Assembly (NCBI GenBank): GCA_044356295.1 | Contig: JBIKWN010000042.1 | Span: 1-20,946 of the forward strand | Reading direction: 5' to 3' | Length of the DNA stretch: 20,946 bases | Source of the DNA: Bdellovibrionota bacterium | Lineage (GTDB): Bacteria; Bdellovibrionota_C; UBA2361; JBIKWN01 | Shown: one piece after another, positions 1-9,764 of the stretch | How positions within the stretch are numbered: position 1 is the stretch's first letter | How the letters are laid out: every line of letters starts with the position of its first letter | Notes under the pieces: generated by a model | What the model saw: only the letters and a program-made list of their open reading frames with translations | Databases searched by the model: none | Told to the model about the DNA's origin: nothing | Program-made: the position numbers and the translations under genes

Positions 1-135
1 GTCACCGTTTTCCGAAAGATCTCCGTGACCACGAGCAATCTCGATAGCACGTGCGATCTCGGGACGTTGACTCTTTAAGTTATGCAGCTCACGCCGCAGT
101 GCGTTGTACCCTCGAGGGGTTATTGGACGTTTCAT
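1..135 (-). CDS. greA: Transcription elongation factor GreA, 5' part (runs off window start)
   Basis: Manual translation from ATG at 135: [45 protein letters not shown], with the GreA signature ARxHGDLSEN. AGGA upstream of the ATG. The carB-greA order is common. Not in the ORF track. Confidence 0.95.
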   Translation of the reverse strand, partial: MKRPITPRGYNALRRELHNLKSQRPEIARAIEIARGHGDLSENGD

Positions 136-3100
136 AAAAGTAATCCTGAAGTGCTTTTACCGAGAGAACCTCCCCTCTTTTTAACATCTCAATCGCACTA
201 ACTCCAGCGGAAGCCTGAGAAAGTGTCGTAAATGTCGGAATATTCATCTCATTTGCCATTAAACGTATCGATTTTGAGTCCATAAATGGCCCTGAGCCTT
301 CCGGAGTATTCACCACAAGTTGAATTTCACCTTTCTGAATCATATCGACTATGTGAGGCGATCCCTCTCTTACTTTATTTACAATCTCAACTGCAACCTT
401 TGCCTCTTGAAGGACTTTACCAGTTCCTCGCGTTGCACAGATTGCAAATCCAAGTTTTATAAATGATTGAGCTACGGAAACAAGATCTTTCTTATCAAAA
501 TCCATCACAGATAGAAAAACTTTGCCTGAAATGGGAAGTTTCTGATTCGATGCTATCAGAGCTTTTGCAAATCCTCCTGCAAAAGAATCATGCAGACCCA
601 TCACTTCACCAGTTGATTTCATTTCTGGGCCAAGTATTGGGTCGACTCCATGAAATTTACTGAATGGAAAGACGCAGGCTTTAATTGCAAAATAATCTTT
701 CGGTTCGGTTTCAACTGCTCCAACTTCTGCAAGTGATTTTCCTAGCATTACTTTCGTAGCACGCTTCACCCATGGAACTCCTGTCGCTTTTGAAACAAAA
801 GGAACTGTCCGACTTGCACGAGGATTAGCCTCAATAATGAAAATTTCATTATTTTGAGTAACTGCAAATTGTACATTGAGGAGTCCAACCACATTAAGTG
901 CTTTTGCAAGTATTTTTGCTTGTCGTTTTAATTCGCTTACAACTTCATCTGAAAGTGTTGGAGGAGGAAGACAGCATGAGCTATCACCTGAATGAATTCC
1001 GGCACGCTCAATGTGCTCCATTACTCCACAGATTACAGCATCTTTTCCATCAGAGAGCGCATCAACATCAACTTCAATAGCATCTTGTAAAAATGCATCA
1101 AGCAAGACTGGTTTGTCGTGACTCACTTGAATACTTTCATTCATGTACTGTTCAAGTTCTGGGATACTGTGAAGAATCCTCATTGATCTTCCACCAAGTA
1201 CAAACGAAGGTCGAATCATTAAAGGAAAACCAATTTTTTCAGCAAGTACAATTGCTTCTTCTAATGATACCGCTGTTCCACCGTTTGGTTGTTTAAGTCC
1301 GATTTTATCGATTAATACATTGAATAATTTTCGGTCTTCCGCTGCATCGATTGAATCAACTGAAGTTCCAAGAATTTTTACACCTGCTTCATGAAGTCTT
1401 CGAGCAAGTTTCAGAGGCGTTTGACCTCCAAATTGCAAGATAACACCTTTCGGTTTTTCGCGCTCAACAATCGACATCACATGTTCAAATGTAAGTGGCT
1501 CGAAATAAAGCCTGTCACTGATATCGTAGTCAGTTGAAACCGTTTCAGGGTTACAATTGATCATTATCGCTTCTATATTCTCTTCTTTGATGGCGAAGAC
1601 ACCGTGAACGCAACAATAATCAAATTCAATTCCTTGTCCAATTCTGTTTGGCCCTGAACCGAGAATGATTACTTTTTCACGATTTGTAGGAAGCATTTCA
1701 TCCCCGTGATCGTAGCAGGAATAAAGGTACGGTGTTTCGGCTTTAAATTCAGCAGCACATGTATCAACCGCTTTGAAGTTTGGCAGTATGCCATGTTTCA
1801 ACCTCAGCGATCTGACATCTTTCTCAGGAACTTTATAAAGATCAGAAAGTCGTTTATCAGTGAAACCTTCTCTCTTTAATTCTCTTAATTCAAGTGCAGA
1901 AAGATCATTGAATTTCTTTTTCTTTAGATTTTCTTCAGATTCAATAATTGAACGAAACTCCTCCAAGAACCACGTATCTATTTTTGTAGCATCAAAAAGC
2001 TCTTCAACTGTTGCACCAAGACGGATTGCTTCAGCAACATACCAGATTCGGTGAGCTGTTGGTTTCGCAGCAAGAGCTACAACTTCAGCTTTTGATTTAC
2101 CAGTAACAAGTTTTGAGCGGTCAAAACCAGCAGTGTCCATTTCCATGGATGTAAGAGCTTTCTGGAAAGCTTCACTAAAGTTTCTGCCAAATGAAAGCAC
2201 TTCTCCAACTGATTTCATCTGGGTTCCAAGAGACGGATCCGCAAGAGGGAATTTTTCGAAATTAAACCGTGGAATTTTTACGACGACATAATCGATACTC
2301 GGTTCAAAACATGCAGGCGTCAGTTTTGTAATATCATTCGGGATTTCATCTAATGTGTAACCAATCGCTAATTTTGCAGCAATTTTTGCAATCGGAAATC
2401 CAGTTGCTTTTGATGCTAGAGCGGAGCTTCTCGAAACTCGAGGATTCATTTCAATGACAATAATTCGTCCATTGTTTGGATTTATTGCAAACTGAACGTT
2501 TGAACCTCCTGTATCAACACCGATTCTCCTCATGACTTTAATAGAAGCGTCTCGTAGTAGTTGGTATTCTTTGTCAGTAAGAGTCTGAATAGGAGCAACC
2601 GTAATTGAATCACCGGTATGAACACCCATTGGGTCAATATTTTCAATACCACAAACAATGACGACGTTATCTTTCAAGTCACGCATGACTTCAAGCTCCA
2701 TCTCTTTCCATCCAATTAAGGATTCTTCAAGAAGGACTTCACCATTGGGGCTTAGTGCTAGTGCACGAGAAACTAAGGTTTTTAATTCATCAAGATTATT
2801 TGCAATACCACCACCAGTTCCACCCAGTGTTCGTGAAGGTCTTAAGATAATTGGAAAGCCAATTATTTTTGCAATCGTTTCTACTTCAGAAACTGATGTA
2901 CAAAGCTCTGATTTAGCGCTCCCTAAACCAATTTCATCCATTGCACGCCGGAATAATTCACGGTCTTCAGCTGTTTTTATGGCATCAACTTTTGCGCCGA
3001 TTAATTCAACGTTATATTTTTTCAATATTCCCATTTCATCAAGTGCTAGGGCGATATTAAGAGCAGTTTGTCCACCCATCGTAGGAAGTATCGCGTCAGG

Positions 3101-3346
3101 TCTTTCTGCTTTGATTACTTCTTCAACAAACTCAGGTGTTATCGGTTCAATGTATGTACGATCTGCAAACTCAGGGTCTGTCATAATCGTTGCTGGATTT
3201 GAGTTTATAAGGACAACTCTATACCCCTCTTCTTTTAGTGCTTTAATAGCTTGGGTACCCGAGTAATCAAACTCACAAGCTTGTCCAATGACGATTGGTC
3301 CTGAACCAATGAGAAGAATTGTTTTTATATCAGTACGTTTTGGCAT
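89..3346 (-). CDS. carB: Carbamoyl-phosphate synthase large subunit
   Basis: 1085 aa. Starts [30 protein letters not shown]; duplicated ATP-grasp halves ([17 protein letters not shown]); C-terminal MGS domain. Confidence 0.99.
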   Translation of the reverse strand: MPKRTDIKTILLIGSGPIVIGQACEFDYSGTQAIKALKEEGYRVVLINSNPATIMTDPEFADRTYIEPITPEFVEEVIKAERPDAILPTMGGQTALNIALALDEMGILKKYNVELIGAKVDAIKTAEDRELFRRAMDEIGLGSAKSELCTSVSEVETIAKIIGFPIILRPSRTLGGTGGGIANNLDELKTLVSRALALSPNGEVLLEESLIGWKEMELEVMRDLKDNVVIVCGIENIDPMGVHTGDSITVAPIQTLTDKEYQLLRDASIKVMRRIGVDTGGSNVQFAINPNNGRIIVIEMNPRVSRSSALASKATGFPIAKIAAKLAIGYTLDEIPNDITKLTPACFEPSIDYVVVKIPRFNFEKFPLADPSLGTQMKSVGEVLSFGRNFSEAFQKALTSMEMDTAGFDRSKLVTGKSKAEVVALAAKPTAHRIWYVAEAIRLGATVEELFDATKIDTWFLEEFRSIIESEENLKKKKFNDLSALELRELKREGFTDKRLSDLYKVPEKDVRSLRLKHGILPNFKAVDTCAAEFKAETPYLYSCYDHGDEMLPTNREKVIILGSGPNRIGQGIEFDYCCVHGVFAIKEENIEAIMINCNPETVSTDYDISDRLYFEPLTFEHVMSIVEREKPKGVILQFGGQTPLKLARRLHEAGVKILGTSVDSIDAAEDRKLFNVLIDKIGLKQPNGGTAVSLEEAIVLAEKIGFPLMIRPSFVLGGRSMRILHSIPELEQYMNESIQVSHDKPVLLDAFLQDAIEVDVDALSDGKDAVICGVMEHIERAGIHSGDSSCCLPPPTLSDEVVSELKRQAKILAKALNVVGLLNVQFAVTQNNEIFIIEANPRASRTVPFVSKATGVPWVKRATKVMLGKSLAEVGAVETEPKDYFAIKACVFPFSKFHGVDPILGPEMKSTGEVMGLHDSFAGGFAKALIASNQKLPISGKVFLSVMDFDKKDLVSVAQSFIKLGFAICATRGTGKVLQEAKVAVEIVNKVREGSPHIVDMIQKGEIQLVVNTPEGSGPFMDSKSIRLMANEMNIPTFTTLSQASAGVSAIEMLKRGEVLSVKALQDYFYETSNNPSRVQRTAA

Positions 3347-3351
3347 GACTC

Positions 3352-4509
3352 TTATACTCCTACAACAAGATCTCTAAAGCGGTTAAAATGATGAAGCGCA
3401 TCGTGTGGCCCAGGTGAGGACTCGGGATGATACTGAATTGAAAATGCTTTTTTATCTTCAATATCGATTCCTTCAATTGTTCCATCATTAAGATTTATAA
3501 ATCGAGGAAACGCAAAGTCTGGTAACGATTTTGGGTCAACTGCAAATCCATGATTTTGGACTGTGATTTCAATTTTTCCAGTTTTTAAATCTTTAACTGG
3601 ATGATTTCCTCCACGATGTCCAAACTTCAACTTATATGTTTTTCCACCAATTGCTTGTGAAAGGATTTGGTCTCCTAAACAGATACCGAAAATTGGAACA
3701 ACACCAACAAATGATTTTACTACATCAACAATTGAACCAAGTGTTGCAGGATCGCCTGGGCCATTTGATAAAAATAAACCATCAGGTTTTTGTGCTTGAA
3801 TTTCAGCCGCAGTTGAAAATGCAGGTAACACAGTCACACGAAGCCCAGCTCCGCGAAGTAATCTCAAAATATTCCATTTGATTCCACAATCAAGCGCAAC
3901 AACGTGAGGAAGTTTTGCTTCCGATGCAGCATCGGTTTTAACAGTACCAACTCCTAGCTGCCAAGGAAGTTCATGCCAACTATACGAGGATTTACAACTT
4001 ACATGAGAAACATAATCCTTACCTAGCATCGAACCATTTTTCTTTGCGAAATCGACTAAGAGATCAGATGACAATCCTTCACCTGCAGCAATAGCACCCA
4101 TTTGAGCACCGTGGGTTCTTAGATGGACAACAAGTTCTCTTGTATCGACTCCATAAATCCCCATTTTGTTATTTTCTTTCAAGTGAGCATCGAGTGTTTT
4201 TACAGAACGAAAATTTGAAGCTACTTTAGATAGATCACGAATAACTAATCCTTCAATATGAACTTTTTTACTCTCTTCATCTTCACCATTTGTTCCAACA
4301 TTACCAATATGAGGATAGGTAAATGTCATTATCTGTCCTGCGTAACTTGGATCAGAAAGAATTTCTTGATACCCATACATTGAAGTATTAAAAACTACTT
4401 CTCCAATACACGGGGAATCGCTAGAGGCATGTGCTCCAAAAGCATATCCATGAAAAAGTTTTCCATCACTCAGTGCAAGGGTTGCGGGAGTTTTCTTAGC
4501 TATACTCAT
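3352..4509 (-). CDS. carA: Carbamoyl-phosphate synthase small (glutaminase) subunit
   Basis: [26 protein letters not shown] nucleophile Cys, QNHGF and QYHPE motifs. Confidence 0.99.
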   Translation of the reverse strand: MSIAKKTPATLALSDGKLFHGYAFGAHASSDSPCIGEVVFNTSMYGYQEILSDPSYAGQIMTFTYPHIGNVGTNGEDEESKKVHIEGLVIRDLSKVASNFRSVKTLDAHLKENNKMGIYGVDTRELVVHLRTHGAQMGAIAAGEGLSSDLLVDFAKKNGSMLGKDYVSHVSCKSSYSWHELPWQLGVGTVKTDAASEAKLPHVVALDCGIKWNILRLLRGAGLRVTVLPAFSTAAEIQAQKPDGLFLSNGPGDPATLGSIVDVVKSFVGVVPIFGICLGDQILSQAIGGKTYKLKFGHRGGNHPVKDLKTGKIEITVQNHGFAVDPKSLPDFAFPRFINLNDGTIEGIDIEDKKAFSIQYHPESSPGPHDALHHFNRFRDLVVGV

Positions 4510-5810
4510 ACTTCGTTTAATCCTACTAATGTTTTCTTGTTAACAATTATTTTACCAGCTAAAAGAAGGGTATCAACATGCCCAGTTAGATTGTTGCCCA
4601 ACCATGGTGAATTTTTAGAGATACTTCGGCATGTATCACTATCAAAGACCCACTGATGATTTGGATCAAGAACACTAATGTCAGCGACAGATCCTTTTTT
4701 GAGAGTCCCTCGTTTCAATCCAAAAATATCAGATGGCTTAGAAGTCATTGACTCAATAAACCTTGAACGTGAAAGTTTTTTTGTCTTAACAAGATCTAAT
4801 AAGAGAGGGAATGTTGTTTGCAACCCAAGGATTCCAAATGCAGCCATCGAAAATTCAATCTTCTTTTTATCAAGCTCATGCGGCGCATGATCACTTGCAA
4901 TCACTTCGATAGTTCCATCGATGACACCTTTTAGAAGAGCTTCGCAGTCTTCAATATTTCTGAGCGGAGGACTCATTTTTGCATTTGTGTAATACCCTTC
5001 AACTAAACTTTCATTTAAAAGAAGATGATGTGCAGAGACTTCGCCGCTCACACGAATTCCATCATTTTTTGCACGACGAATTAATTCTACACCTCGAGCA
5101 GTAGTTACATGGCAAAAATGAACTTTTCCCCCGGTATACCTTGCAAGTTCAATGTCTCGAGAAATGTGAATCTCTTCTGCAACTTTTGGCCATCCAGCAA
5201 GACCAAGCTTGGTCGATAGCGCTGACTCATTCATCACTCCACCATGAGATAATGATTTATCTTCCTCGTGACCGGTAATGACGCAATCAAGCATCTGACA
5301 CCACTCAAGGGCTTTTCTCATCATAGCTGCGTCCCACACTGGCTCTCCATCATCAGAGAAAGCGCACGCACCTGCATCTCGGAGCTCACCAAGTGGGGCC
5401 ATCTCTTTTCCTTTCAGACCTTTGGATACAGCTGCAATTGGGTGAACGTTGACTAATCCAGCTTTTTTACCTTGCCTAATAATGAAGTCTGTAATTTCAG
5501 CAGTATCATTTACAGGATTGGTATTTGGCATACAGCAGATTGTGGTGAAACCTCCAAGTGCTGCAGCTTCCGATCCAGTTTGAATAGTTTCTTTCCATTC
5601 AAAACCTGGTTCACGCAGGTGTACATGAATATCAATTAAGCCAGGCGTTACCCACATCCCCTTAGCATCGATCTGTTCTGCATCACTTACAGTCGTACCA
5701 GGTTTTACAATATCTAAAACTTTTCCTTCTTCAATAATGACATCCATTTCACTTTCGAGTGATTGCGAAGGGTCAATTATTGTTCCGTTTCGTATTACTT
5801 TTCTCATCAT
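4506..5810 (-). CDS. pyrC: Dihydroorotase (long type I form)
   Basis: PGLIDIHVHLREPG, MPNTNP and ASDHAPH metal/catalytic motifs; lies between pyrB and carA. Start could be 5810 or 5807. Confidence 0.97.
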   Translation of the reverse strand: MMRKVIRNGTIIDPSQSLESEMDVIIEEGKVLDIVKPGTTVSDAEQIDAKGMWVTPGLIDIHVHLREPGFEWKETIQTGSEAAALGGFTTICCMPNTNPVNDTAEITDFIIRQGKKAGLVNVHPIAAVSKGLKGKEMAPLGELRDAGACAFSDDGEPVWDAAMMRKALEWCQMLDCVITGHEEDKSLSHGGVMNESALSTKLGLAGWPKVAEEIHISRDIELARYTGGKVHFCHVTTARGVELIRRAKNDGIRVSGEVSAHHLLLNESLVEGYYTNAKMSPPLRNIEDCEALLKGVIDGTIEVIASDHAPHELDKKKIEFSMAAFGILGLQTTFPLLLDLVKTKKLSRSRFIESMTSKPSDIFGLKRGTLKKGSVADISVLDPNHQWVFDSDTCRSISKNSPWLGNNLTGHVDTLLLAGKIIVNKKTLVGLNEV

Positions 5811-5825
5811 TAGTATTCCTAAAAA

Positions 5826-6767
5826 TTATTCAGCGATTTGACCTCTTCCAACTTTAAAGAGAACCGCCATTCTTACGGCTACGCCCATATTCACTTGCGA
5901 CCCAATAAGTGACCGAGCACCATCAGCAACATCGCTTGAAATCTCTACTCCACGATTCATTGGTCCTGGATGAAGCACAACCGCATGAGGGGCAACTGCA
6001 CGAAGTAATTTTTCAGTAACACAGAATCGACGTGTATAATCATCTAGTGTTGGAACAAAGAAGTTTCCTTGTCTTTCAAGTTGCATACGAAGACACATGA
6101 CAACGTCAGCCCCTTCTATTCCTTCTGCAAGATTGTGAGTTACTTCAACAGCGTCACCATAAATTTCTTTAAGACCACGTGGTACGAGAGTTGGAGGAGC
6201 TACAACAGTAACTTTATTTCCTAAATGTTTATGTGCCCAGAGATTACTTCGTGCAACACGAGAGTGAAAAACATCTCCAACGATTGCAATTTTCAATCCT
6301 TCAATCCCTCGTCCAGATTTTGCAAAATGTTTTTTTATCGTAAGACAATCAAGAAGTGCTTGAGTAGGGTGTTCATGAACGCCATCACCTCCGTTTACAA
6401 TCGATACATTTTTTAAATTATCTGCAAGAAATTTTGGAGCACCACTTTCTTTGTGTCTAATAACTACGATATCAGGATTCATCGCTTCAAGATTCCAAAC
6501 AGTATCAAGCACCGTTTCGCCTTTAGAAACAGATGAGCCCGATGCTGAGACATTAACTGTATCAGCAGAGAGTCTTTTGCCAGCAATTTCAAAACTAACC
6601 CTTGTTCGAGTTGAATTTTCAAGAAATAAATTAATGATAGTTTTGCCACGTAGAGCTGGAACTTTTTTTATCTCACGCTCTGAAATTTCAATGAAATTGT
6701 CAGAATCATTTAAAAGCCCCAAGAGATCTTCTTTTGATAATTCTTCTATACCGATCAGATGTTTCAT
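5826..6767 (-). CDS. pyrB: Aspartate carbamoyltransferase catalytic subunit
   Basis: FLENSTRTRVSFE, HPTQALLD, RMQLER and HPGPMNRG motifs. Confidence 0.99.
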   Translation of the reverse strand: MKHLIGIEELSKEDLLGLLNDSDNFIEISEREIKKVPALRGKTIINLFLENSTRTRVSFEIAGKRLSADTVNVSASGSSVSKGETVLDTVWNLEAMNPDIVVIRHKESGAPKFLADNLKNVSIVNGGDGVHEHPTQALLDCLTIKKHFAKSGRGIEGLKIAIVGDVFHSRVARSNLWAHKHLGNKVTVVAPPTLVPRGLKEIYGDAVEVTHNLAEGIEGADVVMCLRMQLERQGNFFVPTLDDYTRRFCVTEKLLRAVAPHAVVLHPGPMNRGVEISSDVADGARSLIGSQVNMGVAVRMAVLFKVGRGQIAE

Positions 6768-7345
6768 TAGGTTCTTACTCCGCGATCATTTTTTACAATA
6801 TAAACACCGTCCTCACCGTATCCCATCTCTTTTAACTTAACTTTTATGGAATCCTCACGAGAGCTTGGAACGTTTTTTCCAACATAATCTGCTCTTATAG
6901 GAAGCTCACGGTGCCCCCTGTCTATGAGGCATGCGAGTTCAACGGTTCGTGGTCGACCAAAATCAGTAATTGCATCAAGTGCAGCGCGAATTGTTCGTCC
7001 AGTAAAAAGAACATCATCAACTAGAACAATACGAGAATTAGCTATTGGAAAATTAATCTCAGTACCTTTTAGTATAGGAGCATTATTGGTTGCCAGATCG
7101 TCTCTGTACAGGGTGATATCAACTACTCCGTAACTAACATCACTTGCTTCAATCTCATGAAGTCGCGTATGAATTCGTTTCGCGAGGTGTTCCCCTGCAG
7201 TACGAACACCTACGATTGCAAGTTTAGCTGACGTTTTTTCTTTCTCAAGAATTTCATAACAGATACGAGATATTGCTTTTGAAATAGTGGCTTCATCAAG
7301 AATTAGATTCCAATTTTTGGGAATTGTATGAGTTGGTTGAGCCAT
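6767..7345 (-). CDS. pyrR: PyrR pyrimidine operon regulator / uracil phosphoribosyltransferase
   Basis: DITLYRDDL, LVDDVLFTGRTIRAALDA and DRGHRELPIRADYVGKN motifs. TAATG stop/start overlap with pyrB. Confidence 0.98.
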   Translation of the reverse strand: MAQPTHTIPKNWNLILDEATISKAISRICYEILEKEKTSAKLAIVGVRTAGEHLAKRIHTRLHEIEASDVSYGVVDITLYRDDLATNNAPILKGTEINFPIANSRIVLVDDVLFTGRTIRAALDAITDFGRPRTVELACLIDRGHRELPIRADYVGKNVPSSREDSIKVKLKEMGYGEDGVYIVKNDRGVRT

Positions 7346-7500
7346 AATGTTTCCTAAGAAAACTCTTCTTTACAGAGAAACAAAGCGTAAAGAATCAGTG
7401 ATTTAAATTGATCTTAGAAAAGGAAGCTGTGTGATTTTGAAAGGAAGGGCCTAGAATATAAATCAACTAGGATAGTCTGAAAAACTTTTTACCTTGGCTT

Positions 7501-7532
7501 CCTTTGCGAACTCACAGATTCACAATTAAAGG
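7501..7532 (-). promoter_or_regulatory. PyrR-binding RNA stem-loop in the pyrR leader
   Basis: RNA CCUUUAAUUGUGAAUCUGUGAGUUCGCAAAGG: lower stem CCUUU/AAAGG with the UUUAA element, upper stem UGUGAAU/GUUCGCA, and hexaloop CUGUGA matching the PyrR CNGNGA consensus. Directly upstream of pyrR. Confidence 0.88.
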
Positions 7533-7540
7533 ATCGACGT

Positions 7541-7569
7541 ATTTTCTAGCAGTTAGAACCCTTAGTCAA
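7541..7569 (-). promoter_or_regulatory. Putative sigma70 promoter of the pyr operon
   Basis: TTGACT (7569-7564), 17 nt, GAAAAT (7546-7541). Places a start just before the PyrR stem-loop. Confidence 0.6.
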
Positions 7570-7653
7570 GATGTAAGAATACCAATCCATATATATTACA
7601 AAATCAAGTAGATATGAGAAATTTTAACTGAACAAAGAGGTAATTATAATGAA

Positions 7654-8331
7654 TTACACTTGAGGCTGTTCAGTAATATCTAAGATAAAATGAAAACTTT
7701 GAATAAGATACCGTTTATCAAAAAACTTAAAAATTATCTTTTCCCCGTATTCGTAACGAATATGTATCGTATTTCCATCACGCTCAATGAGGACAGATTG
7801 AATATCCCCAGGAGTACCAATACCCCGCATCTGATCAAGTAACCGATTTCGAAGCTCTTTATCTTCAAGATCTTTAGAAATAATAGAGATACTATGCATT
7901 GCATTTTGTAGTTCATAATATCGATACTGCACAGGTATGTAGTGAAACAAATACCAAGTTACAGCCCAAAGAATCGAACCAAAAACTAACAGCGTTAGAA
8001 AACTAGCGCCTCGCTGACCTTCAAGCCACTTAACAAAACCACTATTCGCAATCACTTCAGAAGCCCCTGCATCTTGAGCAGCGGCGAGTTTTTCAGTATC
8101 CATATGTGATCCAAATGCAATTATTTCTAACGTTGGATACAGAGTAGTAATAGAAGAAATTAATTCAATTGGATCTGATTTTTTATAATTAAGGTCGATA
8201 AATATTTTTTTGATTTTAGATGAAGATCCAGATAGCTCTTCAATAGATTTTGGAAAGATCACATCCTGCCCAGCAATAGTTTCCTTGATTCGGCTTTTAA
8301 ACATTAAATCGCTGACAAAAAAACAGATCAT
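7654..8331 (-). CDS. Fusion: degenerate CheY-like receiver domain plus prepilin-like (DUF4845-like) membrane-anchored domain
   Basis: aa 1-100 look receiver-like (SDLMFKSRI...IFIDLN...IIAFGSHMDTEKLAAAQDAGASEVI). They are followed by QRG|ASFLTLLVFGSILWAVTWYLF, a class III signal-like basic-Gly plus hydrophobic helix, and a soluble C-terminal domain. Family names come from motif recognition, not a search. Confidence 0.65.
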   Translation of the reverse strand: MICFFVSDLMFKSRIKETIAGQDVIFPKSIEELSGSSSKIKKIFIDLNYKKSDPIELISSITTLYPTLEIIAFGSHMDTEKLAAAQDAGASEVIANSGFVKWLEGQRGASFLTLLVFGSILWAVTWYLFHYIPVQYRYYELQNAMHSISIISKDLEDKELRNRLLDQMRGIGTPGDIQSVLIERDGNTIHIRYEYGEKIIFKFFDKRYLIQSFHFILDITEQPQV

Positions 8332-9752
8332 TATTCACCTTCCTCAGGAAAATATGTTTGTACTTTTTGAATTAAACCAGAACGAGAAATCCCCAATACT
8401 TTTGCAACTTCGCTTTTATTATTTTTATACATTTTCATTGCGGCTTCTATCATAGAACGCTCAAGCTTTTCAGTAGCATTCTTCAAATTTCCTACCTGAA
8501 TTTCATTTACAACTGAAGTCATATTTTTTAAAGGAGCTCCCTTCGAACCATTTACAGCAGGGCTTAAGAATTCAGGAGAAATTTGTTCCTCTTCTCCGGA
8601 CAACAACAACATTCTTTCTACTTCATTTTGAAGTTGCCGAACGTTTCCAGGCCAACGATAACTCTGCAGCAATTGCATTGCAGATTTGCTGATTGATTTT
8701 TTTGAGTACCCTGATTTTTTTTCATAATCAAGCATGAACCGGTCAATCAAAATCGGAATATCCTCTGCTCTCTCTCGAAGCGGCGGCAGTTCAATTTCAA
8801 TGACATTGAGTCGATAGTAAAGATCTTCACGAAACTCACCCTTAGCAATCATATCTGATAACTTTCTGTGAGTAGCACCAATCACTCGAACATCAACTTT
8901 TTTCGGACGCGTATCACCAACAGAGACAAACGTTCCATCCTGCAAAACTCTCAGTAACTTTGCTTGCATTGATGGGCTCATTTCACCTAATTCATCTAGA
9001 AAAAGAGTTCCACCGTCTGCTACTGAAAACAAACCGAGCTTATCTTTCACTGCACCGGTGAAAGCTCCACGAACATGTCCAAACAGTTCGCTTTCTAAAA
9101 GAGTATCCTGAAGCGCTGAAACGTTTTGGGCTACAAATGGTTTATCTTTGCGCGCAGAACTAGAATGAAGCGCATGGGCTATAAGCTCTTTTCCTGTACC
9201 GGACTCACCAGTAATTAATACTGAAGCACTTGAATCTTTAATTTTTTCGATAATTCTAAAAACAGCTTTCATTGCATCACTGTTTCCAATGATATGCCCA
9301 AATGAACGCTCTTGATTTTTTTCTCTGCGAAGCTCTACAGCTTCATCAATAAATCGTTTTAACTCAGAATAAAGTTCTTTCGTTCGCATAGCTCCACGAA
9401 TTCGTGCAAGGAGTTCTTCAGAGCTATAAGGCTTAGTAACATAATCATTAGCACCAAGGCTTAAGCCATGAACAATATCATCTGAGCTATCTTTACCAGT
9501 TAAAAGAATGATTGGAATGTATCGATACCGTTCATCGTTTTTAAGTATCTTAGTTACTTCATACCCATCAGGCGCAGGCATCTGCACATCTAAAAGAATA
9601 ATGTCAGGTAATGACTCTTGAACTTTTTTTAATGTCTCAGCACCGCTGCTAGCCCCGACAACGTCAAAACCTGAATCCCTCAACAGGGTTTCTAAAGCAA
9701 ATAATGCATCACTATTATCGTCGACTGCTAGGATTCGTACACCACCATTCAT
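8331..9752 (-). CDS. Sigma54-dependent response regulator (REC + AAA+ + Fis-type HTH)
   Basis: REC motifs (ILAVDD, ILLDVQMP, TKPY); Walker A GESGTGKE; ESELFGHVRGAFTGA; Walker B LFLDE; WPGNVRQL; C-terminal NKSEVAKVLGISRSGL HTH. Confidence 0.96.
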   Translation of the reverse strand: MNGGVRILAVDDNSDALFALETLLRDSGFDVVGASSGAETLKKVQESLPDIILLDVQMPAPDGYEVTKILKNDERYRYIPIILLTGKDSSDDIVHGLSLGANDYVTKPYSSEELLARIRGAMRTKELYSELKRFIDEAVELRREKNQERSFGHIIGNSDAMKAVFRIIEKIKDSSASVLITGESGTGKELIAHALHSSSARKDKPFVAQNVSALQDTLLESELFGHVRGAFTGAVKDKLGLFSVADGGTLFLDELGEMSPSMQAKLLRVLQDGTFVSVGDTRPKKVDVRVIGATHRKLSDMIAKGEFREDLYYRLNVIEIELPPLRERAEDIPILIDRFMLDYEKKSGYSKKSISKSAMQLLQSYRWPGNVRQLQNEVERMLLLSGEEEQISPEFLSPAVNGSKGAPLKNMTSVVNEIQVGNLKNATEKLERSMIEAAMKMYKNNKSEVAKVLGISRSGLIQKVQTYFPEEGE

Positions 9753-9764
9753 ACGGTAATGATA

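Noticed and set aside
2658..3266. 202-aa plus-strand ORF and the other short ORFs overlapping annotated genes (e.g. 6451-6840, 9759-10085, 20485-20703)
   Set aside because: They are antisense or off-frame shadows of conserved genes with no recognisable motifs.
89..7345. Absence of pyrI, pyrD, pyrE and pyrF from the pyr cluster, and short EF-Ts, as novelties
   Set aside because: pyrR-pyrB-pyrC-carA-carB-greA clusters and short EF-Ts are well known in several lineages.
7450..7471. CCTAG...CTAGG hairpin as the pyr attenuator terminator
   Set aside because: Only a short stem with a large AT-rich loop and no proper U-tract.
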